Below, piece after piece: positions 27,903-40,774 of a stretch of 64,000 nucleotides of DNA. This stretch comes from Octopus sinensis. Its lineage: Eukaryota. The notes under the pieces are model-generated. The model was not told the DNA's origin, did no database searches, and worked only from the letters and a program-made list of their open reading frames with translations. A program made the translations under genes and the position numbers. Numbering within the stretch: position 1 is the stretch's first letter; each line of letters opens with the position of its first letter. The stretch is taken from NCBI RefSeq assembly GCF_006345805.1, contig NC_042998.1, forward strand, positions 176,080,001 to 176,144,000. Direction: 5' to 3'.

Positions 27903-27938
27903 CCTTCTATATAATAAATATATATATATACATATATA

Positions 27939-28087
27939 CGACGGGCTTCTTTCAGTTTCCGTCTACCAAATCCACTCACAAGGCTTTGGTCGGCCCGAGG
28001 CTATAGCAGAAGACACTTGCCCAAGGTGCCACGCAGTGGGACTGAACCCGGAACCATGTGGTTGGTAAACAAGCCACTTACCACACC
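27939..28087 (-). mobile_element. SINE family B, 5' half (tRNA head)
   Basis: gacgggcttctttcagtttccgtctacc...ggactgaacccggaaccatgtgg; continues 26516-26735. Confidence 0.85.
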
Positions 28088-28929
28088 TTTATGCTCTCCG
28101 ACTAATTCTTTAAATTTTGAACTCTATACTCGATGCAAGTTCATAAAAGTTTGTGGACCATTAAGAGTGGACATCATCGACTATTGTTGGGAAAGGGAAA
28201 CTCAAAGTCCATTGCAATCAGAATTGGACTCAGAGAACATTACGATTAAAATCATATAGCATTTAGTTTAAAGGAATGCCTGTAGTAGCATTTATACTAT
28301 AGTTCACTTTAAATATCTGAAGACTGCCAGGTTAAATGGATAAAATATATTTCATTTCATTAGGTTTAAATATGAACTTTCATATGCCTTAAGAAGTTGC
28401 GATTAGACTAGTATAAACGGATATTAAAAAGGATAATCTCTTCAATCCATACAATGTGGTGGGAGTAGTACAGATATTTATACGATCCCTGTATCTTCCA
28501 ATTTATTTCCATTTTCCAGCATAAAACATCGATACACAATATTTACAACTGATACTGTAATTGTTTGCATCCGATTTTTAGGTCCTTGTATTATATTTAA
28601 AATTATGTTAATTTATCTGAAACTCTATATTTGATTTTACGGTTATGCTATCTTAGATCCCCACCACAAACCCTTTCTCTGAAAATTAATTGATTAAGTA
28701 TTTCCTCGGGTCTTTCTGCAAATTGCATTATTTGAAAAGCCGAACTTTGGCGAAACTTCGAATTCTCAACATTTTAATACATATTTAACTTTAAAATTTG
28801 TACAAAGAATTTACTTCCTTTACCACGTCTCTCCCCACCTCTCTTTGTCTCTTCTGTCTCTCTTTATATATACATATATATACATACATAAATATATATA
28901 TATACATATATATAACATTATAAACACGT

Positions 28930-29890
28930 ATTACGATGATCCGGTTCTTGACTGAAGACTGAGGGGTTCGAATGTCCTGTCCATGTTTATTGTATCGTCT
29001 TCTAAGAGTTATACGTTCTTGTCCATGTTGTATTTTTCTACATACCTTAACATATATTCCAGGCGCCCCGTACCCCCCTTATCATTAATGTGAACACATA
29101 TTCTTAATAATTGGTACGACTCTCTGTTTGTCTCTCTCTCTCTCTCATTTTTACTTGATCTGTCCCCCTCTCTCTCTCTTTTCTCTCTATTCATCTTCTC
29201 TTTCCTCTGATCCTTTGGTCTAGTCTTCCACTACCCTCCTATTTCTTTGTCTCGCTCTGCACTCACAGGTCATTCTTCGACACCCATCCCTTCTCCTCTC
29301 TGATTCCTTCTTTCTCTCTCTTCTCTCTCTTTGTTGCGTTTTGTCCCCCTTCTCTCTCTTCCTTTGCTTCTCTTTCTTTCTTTCCCTCTTCTCTGTCACG
29401 TGACTGTTGGCCGAAATCTGCCTTTCAGCTCCTGACCCTCGTCGTGTTAACATCGTTGTTTTTCGTCCGCCGCTATAAAGGCTTTTTCCAATGCGCCAGA
29501 GAAAAAATTTGTTTGCTTGTTATCAGTCGTAAGACACTTGTTGTTTTCACCGTTAATGCTTCTGTATTTCATGTTTCTGTATTCCATTATTGTTTTTTTT
29601 TTTTTTTTTTTTATATCTGTCCCTTTTGCTGTCCTGGTGTTCGTATGCATTCGATCCTTCTTCCAGGAAATCTACGCTTCCAGCTTAGTTTTTCTAATGC
29701 TCGTTGCTTAGTTTTTCTTGGAGGGCTGGCCGTGATCTAGTAATCTCAAGATTAATCAGCCGAAATTACTACGATGATCCGGTTCTTGACTGAAGACTGA
29801 GGGGTTCGAATGTCCTGTCCATGTTTATTGTATCGTCTTCTAAGAGTTATACGTTCTTGTCCATGTTGTATTTTTCTACATACCTTAATA
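28930..29890. repeat. Two direct copies (28930-29050, 29768-29890) of a 120-bp repeat flanking a CT-rich tract; probable PLE-like terminus
   Basis: tacgatgatccggttcttgactgaagactgagggg...ctacataccttaa occurs twice. Confidence 0.6.
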
Positions 29891-29926
29891 TATATATATA
29901 TATTATATATATATATATATAAACAC

Positions 29927-29970
<44 letters not shown>

Positions 29971-29993
29971 TAACATTATAAACACGTATATAT

Positions 29994-30075
<82 letters not shown>

Positions 30076-30359
30076 AATAATGAAGGGTGAAATTAATTAA
30101 TTGGAAAAATTATCAATTACACCAAGTAGTCTTCGGCATGTAAAAGCCTCATTCGAGGAAAATTTAAGTAATACTAAGCAATAAGGGTTTAGCAACGAGT
30201 TGCCTTACCACATACCGAATTTAGAAATAGCAGTCAAAGGGTTATAGCTATTTCTTCTACTAAAAAGGGAGATCTCAGTAAAAACAGCATTTGGAAGGCA
30301 GACACAAACAGGTAAGAGAGAATGAATTGACTGCAATCTATCATACATTTTTTTAGTTA

Positions 30360-30473
30360 TCCACGGACGTACGTTTCGAAATCAAGTTTTAAGGAAAGCA
30401 TAAGAACTAAATATTAAATATTAAATAATAAATAATTCTATCTTACCGAAACTTCTTTTCTCTTCAGCGTAGA
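30360..30473 (-). ncRNA. Type I hammerhead ribozyme (family E), unit 1; further copies at 30967, 31574, 32181, 32786, 33393, 34000 (-)
   Basis: tctacg-CUGAAGA-gaaa...tttc-GAAA-cgtacg-UC-cgtgga. Confidence 0.8.
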
Positions 30474-33400
30474 ATACTATAATCATAAATGATTATATAT
30501 TGAATTTTGAGATACCAGAAGGCACCAACTCCACTCAGTATCAGAGCGAGCTAGAATCCGCAACTGGTATCACCGAATTCAATTTGTGAATGAAACGATT
30601 GTGTCAACAGCCCCTTCCCACCCGCGTGTAGCCAAAACAAGATGCTGTGGTCATCTACTGAGATAAAATATGGTTATCCGTAATAATGAAGGGTGAAATT
30701 AATTAATTTGGAAAAATTATCAATTACACCAAGTAGTCTTCGGCATGTAAAAGCCTCATTCGAGGAAAATTTAAGTAATACTAAGCAATAAGGGTTTAGC
30801 AACGAGTTGCCTTACCACATACCGAATTTAGAAATAGCAGTCAAAGGGTTATAGCTATTTCTTCTACTAAAAAGGGAGATCTCAGTAAAAACAGCATTTG
30901 GAAGGCAGACACAAACAGGTAAGAGAGAATGAATTGACTGCAATCTATCATACATTTTTTTAGTTATCCACGGACGTACGTTTCGAAATCAAGTTTTAAG
31001 GAAAGCATAAGAACTAAATATTAAATATTAAATAATAAATAATTCTATCTTACCGAAACTTCTTTTCTCTTCAGCGTAGAATACTATAATCATAAATGAT
31101 TATATATTGAATTTTGAGATACCAGAAGGCACCAACTCCACTCAGTATCAGAGCGAGCTAGAATCCGCAACTGGTATCACCGAATTCAATTTGTGAATGA
31201 AACGATTGTGTCAACAGCCCCTTCCCACCCGCGTGTAGCCAAAACAAGATGCTGTGGTCATCTACTGAGATAAAATATGGTTATCCGTAATAATGAAGGG
31301 TGAAATTAATTAATTTGGAAAAATTATCAATTACACCAAGTAGTCTTCGGCATGTAAAAGCCTCATTCGAGGAAAATTTAAGTAATACTAAGCAATAAGG
31401 GTTTAGCAACGAGTTGCCTTACCACATACCGAATTTAGAAATAGCAGTCAAAGGGTTATAGCTATTTCTTCTACTAAAAAGGGAGATCTCAGTAAAAACA
31501 GCATTTGGAAGGCAGACACAAACAGGTAAGAGAGAATGAATTGACTGCAATCTATCATACATTTTTTTAGTTATCCACGGACGTACGTTTCGAAATCAAG
31601 TTTTAAGGAAAGCATAAGAACTAAATATTAAATATTAAATAATAAATAATTCTATCTTACCGAAACTTCTTTTCTCTTCAGCGTAGAATACTATAATCAT
31701 AAATGATTATATATTGAATTTTGAGATACCAGAAGGCACCAACTCCACTCAGTATCAGAGCGAGCTAGAATCCGCAACTGGTATCACCGAATTCAATTTG
31801 TGAATGAAACGATTGTGTCAACAGCCCCTTCCCACCCGCGTGTAGCCAAAACAAGATGCTGTGGTCATCTACTGAGATAAAATATGGTTATCCGTAATAA
31901 TGAAGGGTGAAATTAATTAATTTGGAAAAATTATCAATTACACCAAGTAGTCTTCGGCATGTAAAAGCCTCATTCGAGGAAAATTTAAGTAATACTAAGC
32001 AATAAGGGTTTAGCAACGAGTTGCCTTACCACATACCGAATTTAGAAATAGCAGTCAAAGGGTTATAGCTATTTCTTCTACTAAAAAGGGAGATCTCAGT
32101 AAAAACAGCATTTGGAAGGCAGACACAAACAGGTAAGAGAGAATGAATTGACTGCAATCTATCATACATTTTTTTAGTTATCCACGGACGTACGTTTCGA
32201 AATCAAGTTTTAAGGAAAGCATAAGAACTAAATATTAAATATTAAATAATAAATAATTCTATCTTACCGAACTTCTTTTCTCTTCAGCGTAGAATACTAT
32301 AATCATAAATGATTATATATTGAATTTTGAGATACCAGAAGGCACCAACTCCACTCAGTATCAGAGCGAGCTAGAATCCGCAACTGGTATCACCGAATTC
32401 AATTGTGAATGAAACGATTGTGTCAACAGCCCCTTCCCACCCGCGTGTAGCCAAAACAAGATGCTGTGGTCATCTACTGAGATAAAATATGGTTATCCGT
32501 AATAATGAAGGGTGAAATTAATTAATTTGGAAAAATTATCAATTACACCAAGTAGTCTTCGGCATGTAAAAGCCTCATTCGAGGAAAATTTAAGTAATAC
32601 TAAGCAATAAGGGTTTAGCAACGAGTTGCCTTACCACATACCGAATTTAGAAATAGCAGTCAAAGGGTTATAGCTATTTCTTCTACTAAAAAGGGAGATC
32701 TCAGTAAAAACAGCATTTGGAAGGCAGACACAAACAGGTAAGAGAGAATGAATTGACTGCAATCTATCATACATTTTTTTAGTTATCCACGGACGTACGT
32801 TTCGAAATCAAGTTTTAAGGAAAGCATAAGAACTAAATATTAAATATTAAATAATAAATAATTCTATCTTACCGAAACTTCTTTTCTCTTCAGCGTAGAA
32901 TACTATAATCATAAATGATTATATATTGAATTTTGAGATACCAGAAGGCACCAACTCCACTCAGTATCAGAGCGAGCTAGAATCCGCAACTGGTATCACC
33001 GAATTCAATTTGTGAATGAAACGATTGTGTCAACAGCCCCTTCCCACCCGCGTGTAGCCAAAACAAGATGCTGTGGTCATCTACTGAGATAAAATATGGT
33101 TATCCGTAATAATGAAGGGTGAAATTAATTAATTTGGAAAAATTATCAATTACACCAAGTAGTCTTCGGCATGTAAAAGCCTCATTCGAGGAAAATTTAA
33201 GTAATACTAAGCAATAAGGGTTTAGCAACGAGTTGCCTTACCACATACCGAATTTAGAAATAGCAGTCAAAGGGTTATAGCTATTTCTTCTACTAAAAAG
33301 GGAGATCTCAGTAAAAACAGCATTTGGAAGGCAGACACAAACAGGTAAGAGAGAATGAATTGACTGCAATCTATCATACATTTTTTTAGTTATCCACGGA

Positions 33401-34915
33401 CGTACGTTTCGAAATCAAGTTTTAAGGAAAGCATAAGAACTAAATATTAAATATTAAATAATAAATAATTCTATCTTACCGAAACTTCTTTTCTCTTCAG
33501 CGTAGAATACTATAATCATAAATGATTATATATTGAATTTTGAGATACCAGAAGGCACCAACTCCACTCAGTATCAGAGCGAGCTAGAATCCGCAACTGG
33601 TATCACCGAATTCAATTTGTGAATGAAACGATTGTGTCAACAGCCCCTTCCCACCCGCGTGTAGCCAAAACAAGATGCTGTGGTCATCTACTGAGATAAA
33701 ATATGGTTATCCGTAATAATGAAGGGTGAAATTAATTAATTTGGAAAAATTATCAATTACACCAAGTAGTCTTCGGCATGTAAAAGCCTCATTCGAGGAA
33801 AATTTAAGTAATACTAAGCAATAAGGGTTTAGCAACGAGTTGCCTTACCACATACCGAATTTAGAAATAGCAGTCAAAGGGTTATAGCTATTTCTTCTAC
33901 TAAAAAGGGAGATCTCAGTAAAAACAGCATTTGGAAGGCAGACACAAACAGGTAAGAGAGAATGAATTGACTGCAATCTATCATACATTTTTTTAGTTAT
34001 CCACGGACGTACGTTTCGAAATCAAGTTTTAAGGAAAGCATAAGAACTAAATATTAAATATTAAATAATAAATAATTCTATCTTACCGAAACTTCTTTTC
34101 TCTTCAGCGTAGAATACTATAATCATAAATGATTATATATTGAATTTTGAGATACCAGAAGGCACCAACTCCACTCAGTATCAGAGCGAGCTAGAATCCG
34201 CAACTGGTATCACCGAATTCAATTTGTGAATGAAACGATTGTGTCAACAGCCCCTTCCCACCCGCGTGTAGCCAAAACAAGATGCTGTGGTCATCTACTG
34301 AGATAAAATATGGTTATCCGTAATAATGAAGGGTGAAATTAATTAATTTGGAAAAATTTAATATTTAATATTTAGTTCTTATGCTTTCCTTAAAACTTGA
34401 TTTCGAAACGTACGTCCGTGGATAACTAAAAAAATGTATGATAGATTGCAGTCAATTCATTCTCTCTTACCTGTTTGTGTCTGCCTTCCAAATGCTGTTT
34501 TTACTGAGATCTCCCTTTTTAGTAGAAGAAATAGCTATAACCCTTTGACTGCTATTTCTAAATTCGGTATGTGGTAAGGCAACTCGTTGCTAAACCCTTA
34601 TTGCTTAGTATTACTTAAATTTTCCTCGAATGAGGCTTTTACATGCCGAAGACTACTTGGTGTAATTGATAATTTTTCCAAATTAATTAATTTCACCCTT
34701 CATTATTACGGATAACCATATTTTATCTCAGTAGATGACCACAGCATCTTGTTTTGGCTACACGCGGGTGGGAAGGGGCTGTTGACACAATCGTTTCATT
34801 CACAAATTGAATTCGGTGATACCAGTTGCGGATTCTAGCTCGCTCTGATACTGAGTGGAGTTGGTGCCTTCTGGTATCTCAAAATTCAATATATAATCAT
34901 TTATGATTATAGTAT

Positions 34916-35029
34916 TCTACGCTGAAGAGAAAAGAAGTTTCGGTAAGATAGAATTATTTATTATTTAATATTTAATATTTAGTTCTTATGCTTTCCTTAA
35001 AACTTGATTTCGAAACGTACGTCCGTGGA
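34916..35029 (+). ncRNA. Type I hammerhead ribozyme (family E) in the inverted arm; predicted cleavage after C35023
   Basis: Helix I 34916-21/35024-29; CUGAAGA 34922-28; helix II gaaa..aagttt/aaactt..tttc; GAAA 35012-15; acgtacgt palindrome; GUC triplet. Confidence 0.8.
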
Positions 35030-36544
35030 TAACTAAAAAATGTATGATAGATTGCAGTCAATTCATTCTCTCTTACCTGTTTGTGTCTGCCTTCCAAATG
35101 CTGTTTTTACTGAGATCTCCCTTTTTAGTAGAAGAAATAGCTATAACCCTTTGACTGCTATTTCTAAATTCGGTATGTGGTAAGGCAACTCGTTGCTAAA
35201 CCCTTATTGCTTAGTATATATATATATATATATAAACACGTATATATATATATCAATATGATCACTTACACACACACATACACACACACACAAATTTATA
35301 TTGAACCGATTTAGAGCAATAGATACGCATGTCAAAACTGCAGCGATTTTAGAAAGTTTCTCGTTACTTATGGTGTAAATGTAGTTAGGAGAAACTTGAA
35401 CGCAATTATTTCTCAGTCGTATTACCACTAAAATAAAGGACATTTCGACAAAACAAGATAATACCTCGTGTTAATATTAGTTAATGTGTCAGAAAGGATG
35501 TAAAGAATGGTGGTGTATCAGGAAAACTGACGATCAGGATTAAATGCTACATCTACTGTATTCATTCGCAGCACATTATGAATCTCAAACGTCCAACATG
35601 GATATGATTAAATAGAATGAAATAATGTGACTGATTTTCCTTAACTTTATGCTTTTCTTTGTCTTAAAAAACGAGAATCTTCTTTACTTAACCTCTTCCA
35701 CTTGTCATTTTACAACGACATTCTATACATCCTTTTACTTCTCATTTTATTCAATCATCTGTACATGCATATTATCCACATTTCTGAATACAGTCTTACC
35801 TTCTGTATAAAAGCGTGCATTCACACAGTTTCTTTGTACTTATATCGATTTTTAAAGCTTTTCTAGCTTCTAATGTTGTTTTATTGTCTAAACAAATGAT
35901 TGCTTATCCTTCTTCTCATCTCTCATGATTGACTTTATTGCTACAAATTATAAGAATCATCCGTTTATCCTTTCCATTTTTAGAACTTGTCAAATACCTT
36001 ATACCGATTGCTTAATGCAAGAAAAACAATAGATTCTGCAAAGAACTGCAATAAATTTATTTAAAACCTCAATATTATCTAATGCATTGAACAGTTTATC
36101 GAGGAATGTTTTAGAGGCATTTTCTTCTATGATTACCCTCAGTTGTTGAAAGGAAATAATTTGTATAGTGTAGTGTACTTTTAGCGAAGTAAAGCCTAAA
36201 TCATCAATTAAACTCAGCCATTCATTCTGAGTGACATTACCGTTATTTAAAGTGTCCAAATAAAGAATGATTCATTCAACTTTTAAATAATTGCTACATT
36301 AATATAATTTAGTGATTTCATTTTTAAAGTAGAGGAGTGGCAGAAACGGTAGATCATCCAGCTGAACAACATAGCTATGAAATTCCATATATTTACGTTC
36401 TGAATATTAATTCAATCGAGTCGATTTCACTGTTTGATGTATTCAGGCGCAAGCAAGTACCAGTAATATCATAGACGGAATTCTATCGATTATAGCTCTA
36501 TACTACAGACTACTGGATTTCTGTGAATATTATCTTCTTTTAAT

Positions 36545-36750
36545 TTTTTCAGTCATTGAAGCCGGTTACTCAGGGGCACCGCCATGAAGGGTTTAGTGGA
36601 ACAAATCGACCCCAGAACCTGTTTTAAAGACTAGCACTTATTCTTTACCGATCGAGTAACTATCAAACTTGCCAAGGTGCTGCGCAATGAGACTGACCTC
36701 GAAACCATGTGGTTGTTAAGCGAGTTTCTTAAACACACAGCAATGCATGC
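36545..36750 (-). mobile_element. Diverged SINE family B
   Basis: ttcagtcattgaagccggttactcaggggcaccgcc...gacctcgaaaccatgtggttg. Confidence 0.6.
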
Positions 36751-36994
36751 GTTACTAACAATTAGATATGGATAGAACCAAGAGTAAAAACGGAAAGATA
36801 AGCAAGTTGCGATCAGCATCTAGTTTCAACTCCAAGTTGAAGCTATATCACCTCACTTATGCCGTTAATGTCATTGGAAAAATATGAATATAGTAAAACT
36901 ATATTTCACTTTTGTCTTAAAATATAAAGTGCTCATGCATAGCAATAATAATAATAATAATAATAATAATTTTTTTTATTTATTTTATTTTTAT

Positions 36995-37133
36995 GTATTA
37001 GACATTCACTAGTACAACACCAAAAAAAAGCCCCCCAAATATATGGCACAGAACTTCCAACCTGTTGTCTCTTGAGGTCTCTGGGTGAGACTTGGAGCCA
37101 ACTTGTACAGACATAAAGCAAAAGTCAAACATA

Positions 37134-37134
<1 letters not shown>
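36995..37134 (+). mobile_element. Probable 3' end of an R4/Dong-like non-LTR element with (AAT)n tail
   Basis: ttgaggtctctgggtgagacttggagcc...aaagtcaaacatag-(AAT)n; assignment from recollection of Rex6/Dong-type 3' UTRs, no coding part present. Confidence 0.4.
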
Positions 37135-37198
<64 letters not shown>

Positions 37199-37234
37199 GT
37201 GACAACAACAATAATAATAATGCTTTCTGCTATA

Positions 37235-37362
37235 GGCACAAGGCCTAAAATTTGTGGGGAAGGAGCCAGTCAATTAGATCAACTCCAGTATGCAACTGGT
37301 ACTTAATTTATCGACCCCGAAAGGATGAAGGGCAAAGTTGACCTCGGCGGAATTTGAAGTCT
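37235..37362 (-). mobile_element. SINE family A 3' fragment
   Basis: actggtacttaatttatcgaccccgaaaggatgaagggcaaagttgacctcggcggaatttgaa. Confidence 0.8.
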
Positions 37363-37364
37363 TA

Positions 37365-37388
37365 ATTAATAATAATAATAATAATAAT

Positions 37389-37442
<54 letters not shown>

Positions 37443-37549
37443 AATAATAATAATAATAAAAGTAATAATAATAATAGTAATAATAATAATAATGATGATG
37501 ATGATGATGATAATGATGATGATGATAATAATAATAATAATAATAATAA

Positions 37550-37615
<66 letters not shown>

Positions 37616-37705
37616 AAGAGAAGAAGAAGAAGAAAGAAGAAGAAGAAGAAGAAGAAGAAGAAGAAGAAGAAGAAGAACAAGAAGAACAAGAACAAGAACA
37701 AGAAT
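37365..37705. repeat. Compound trinucleotide tract (AAT)(AAC)(GAT)(GAA)(GAACAA)
   Basis: Directly visible. Confidence 0.97.
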
Positions 37706-38883
37706 CTAATACAAAATTCTCTGTCAGTAAACAACTTCGTCGTTAATAAGATATTCCTAGAGTCGATGTGATACAGTATCAGTTCCGAATTCCGAAATCT
37801 ATTTCACATTTATTATATTACTAATGCTACCGAAAAATGTATGAATGGCATACTGTTTCATTCCCCCGCTTCTCTACAAATGCATTGTCTCGTGCCTATG
37901 TAATAAATCAATATTGATAAAAAAAAAATATTTATACCTCTGTTCGTGATAAAACTAAACAGTAGCATGTATCTAATGATTTCTTCCCATTCTTTTCTTC
38001 ATGTGAACATGTCATGAACAATTGCTAAAGGTTGTACCGAAAAATACCCCGCCCCTACTCTACGTCTACAACAGAGACTCTCATTAATGGAACATCAGAC
38101 TCTCTTTAATCATTAAAAAAAGTCGTCATTTGATTTTTACCGTTTTGGTTTTATTTGCATTAATGAATGACAATTAGGGGCTTTTTCATGTCTCGTTAGG
38201 GGCTCCACAACTACATTAGACTTAATTATATCCACTTTTTGTTCCCTGTCAGTAGAAGTAATAAAATTAAGTTATTCAAATTCCAAGCCATACTTTTGTT
38301 AATTATTTAATAAATTTTTAATTGATGCAGCTGCATTCTTATTGTTAAGGAACATGCACTGGGTTGATACAGTAAATGGAGCGATCACGAATGTCTATGC
38401 ACCTATTCACCTTGGCTGGAAATAGCAAAGGCTGAAACATTTCAGTTGCCAAGAGTGAAGGGAAGCTTCAATGACTATATGGAGTTCTTCGTCTTATATA
38501 TTTCTCTCAACGGACAGCAGCAGCAGAGAGCGCATATAATGCGCTTTCTATCAACAGACATTGAATAAATATAATATGCAGCAGCTATTACCAGGTAAAC
38601 AATGCGTAAATGTATAATAAAGAAACCTCTAAGGCAAATCTGAAAATTTCTAATGGAAAGGTTTTCATAACCACAGTAATTAGTATTGATTTCTTTTGAT
38701 AAAGTCCACATTTCCAGGTTTATGGCTGTGAAAAATGGGTTTGTGTATTAGTGACGTAAGTGAAATAAAATGGTTTCAACTGGAAATCGCAAATTGTGTC
38801 ACAGCTTCAATTCAGCTTGAGCATACCTGTTATTTAATAGCATGCCAAAAACACACACAGACGTACGTACGCACACACACACA

Positions 38884-38928
<45 letters not shown>

Positions 38929-38934
38929 GAGACA

Positions 38935-39479
38935 GATACAGTACCAGGCACTGGCTCTCATGGCTTCTGATTTTAACTGATTAGAAGTGGTATCATGTAC
39001 ATTGTTTTGTCTTGGTATAAAAGATGGGCTACAGCAAATATTCTGCTCAATAGCACATATTTACTTGTCAGTTGTTTGACCATAACCAGTTGAGCATGTA
39101 CCTTGGTAGCTGGAAATATGTGCCTCTCTGATCACGAGCAGAAGTAGTGGGGGAGCATCATAGCCATGTGTTGAGAGGGATTCTTTGGGGTTTGAACAGT
39201 TCACCTCTGAAAACATGGGTTTTCGTTCAACACCCTTAAATCACCCTTATCCAGGGACCTTTTGAGCCAGATGGGCTACTCGATCAGAAGAAAATCCTAG
39301 CTGGGCTCTACTAGCAAGATCACGCGCTGTTTATCTTGATATGAGATCACTACGTCGCGCACATACGGTTGTGATGCATGTACCTGGTGTACCTTTATCA
39401 GACGGGTAGTTATGATGGGTATATTAGGCTTCGTATATTTGTACCCCAGTGTCACTTTGATGGCATGCGCTGCTCTCTC
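38935..39479 (+). mobile_element. About 550 bp (AAT)n-associated retroposon, copy 3
   Basis: Collinear with 6097-6636. Confidence 0.8.
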
Positions 39480-39529
39480 AATAATAATAATAATAATAAT
39501 GATGATAATGATGATGATGATTTCGATGA

Positions 39530-39720
39530 TTTCGAACTTTGGCACAAGACCAGCAGATATATGGGATAGGCTAAGTCGATTAAATCTGGTACTGATTTTA
39601 TTGATCCCCAAAGTATGAACGGCAAAGTCAACACCGGTAGAATTTGAGCTCAGAAAGTAAAGACGGTCGAAATGCTGCTAATCATTTCCCTCGGCGTGCT
39701 AACAAATCCGCAAGCTCGCT
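39530..39720 (-). mobile_element. Diverged SINE family A
   Basis: ggcaaagtcaacaccggtagaatttgagctcagaa...ccgcaagctcgc. Confidence 0.65.
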
Positions 39721-39724
39721 GTCT

Positions 39725-39797
<73 letters not shown>

Positions 39798-39838
39798 AAT
39801 AATAATAATAAAATAATAATAATAATAATAATAATAAT

Positions 39839-40172
39839 GGGGAGCATCATAGTCATGTGTTGAGAGAGATTCTTTGGGGTTTGAATAATTCACCTCTGGA
39901 AACATGGGTGGTTCTTTCAACATCCTTAAACAACCCTTATTCAGGGACCCTTTGAGCGGGATGGGCTACTCAACCTGAAGAAATTTCTAACTAGGCCCCA
40001 CCTGCAAGGTCATGTGCTGTTTATCTTGATATGAGATCACCATGTCGTGCACATATGGTTGTGATGCATGTGCCTGGTGTACCCTTATCAGACGGGTAGT
40101 CATGATGGGTATATTGGGCTTCGTATATTTTACCCCAGTGTCACTTTGATAGCATGAACTGCTCTCTCACTC
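39839..40172 (+). mobile_element. About 550 bp element, left-truncated copy 4
   Basis: Starts ggggagcatcatag directly after (AAT)n and ends ctctctcactc. Confidence 0.8.
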
Positions 40173-40173
40173 A

Positions 40174-40212
<39 letters not shown>

Positions 40213-40226
40213 GTAGTAGTAGTAGT

Positions 40227-40673
40227 GCGACCATGAGATAGAGAATAGGAAGTGAGACCATGAGATAAAGAATAGGAAGCCGGTCATAATCTTAATTGAG
40301 AAAGAAAGCAAACTATGCTGGATCATAGACATAGCATGCCCAACTGACAACAAGGTATGCGATAAGGAAGAAAGAAAAGTCGAAAGATATGACAGGTAAG
40401 CTTGGGAAGTTAAGCAATTGGTGGTGGATGAAAAAGGTAGCAGTAGTAACTAATAACTGTCGGAGCCCTGGGAACAGTGAGCAAAAATCTCGAGAAGTTC
40501 GTGGAACAAATAGGGGCTGCAATAAGGGTGGAGCACTTGTAGAAAACAGCAATGCTTGGAATCACTCGAATACTCTGAAAGGTGCTTGAAAAATAAGGAG
40601 TGTTACCTTAGTTCACTGGTAGTGAACAGCTGACACTGTAGTACATCTCCAGCGTTAGAAGTTGTGCAAAGGC
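40227..40673 (+). mobile_element. 3' fragment of an RLE-endonuclease non-LTR retrotransposon (R4/Dong/NeSL-like) inside (AAT)/(TAC)n
   Basis: My translation: DHEIENRKPVIILIEKESKLCWIIDIACPTDNKVCDKEERKVERY ... VGALGTVSKNLE ... KTAMLGITRIL.KVL, matching the RLE pattern PD-x-IIDIA-P-D / KE-K-Y / GALG / LGT-RILRKVL; stops and frameshifts present. Confidence 0.8.
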
Positions 40674-40675
40674 AA

Positions 40676-40737
<62 letters not shown>

Positions 40738-40774
40738 ATAATAATAATAATAATAATAATAATATAATAATAAT

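Larger units (their letters stand above)
26826..27919. mobile_element. Head-to-head Penelope-like (family D) palindrome, arms about 510 bp, 1-nt spacer at 27414
   Basis: 26895-27413 is the reverse complement of 27415-27919 except an 8-nt indel and microsatellite length differences; a hammerhead sits near the outer end of each arm. Confidence 0.85.
30072..35216. repeat. 607-bp-unit tandem array (7 units plus 40 bp) then about 860 bp inverted; one hammerhead per unit (retrozyme/PLE pLTR-like)
   Basis: Unit starts at 30072, 30678, 31285, 31892, 32497, 33104, 33711, 34318; strand switch at about 34358; both ends run into (TA)n. Confidence 0.97.

Noticed and set aside
28950-29800. Hammerhead-like strings (ctgaagactgaggggttcgaat; ggctg..cagccgaaatt)
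   Set aside because: GAAA or CUGANGA half missing and helix I/III cannot be formed
34624-34660. Second hammerhead-like motif in the 607 unit (cgaatga-ggc..gcc-gaag)
   Set aside because: Core mismatches at invariant positions (G5, A15.1) and no helix I pairing
30072-35216. CRISPR-like or ordinary satellite interpretation; coding interpretation
   Set aside because: No unique spacers, eukaryotic context and no ORF of 60 aa or more; the per-unit ribozyme explains it better
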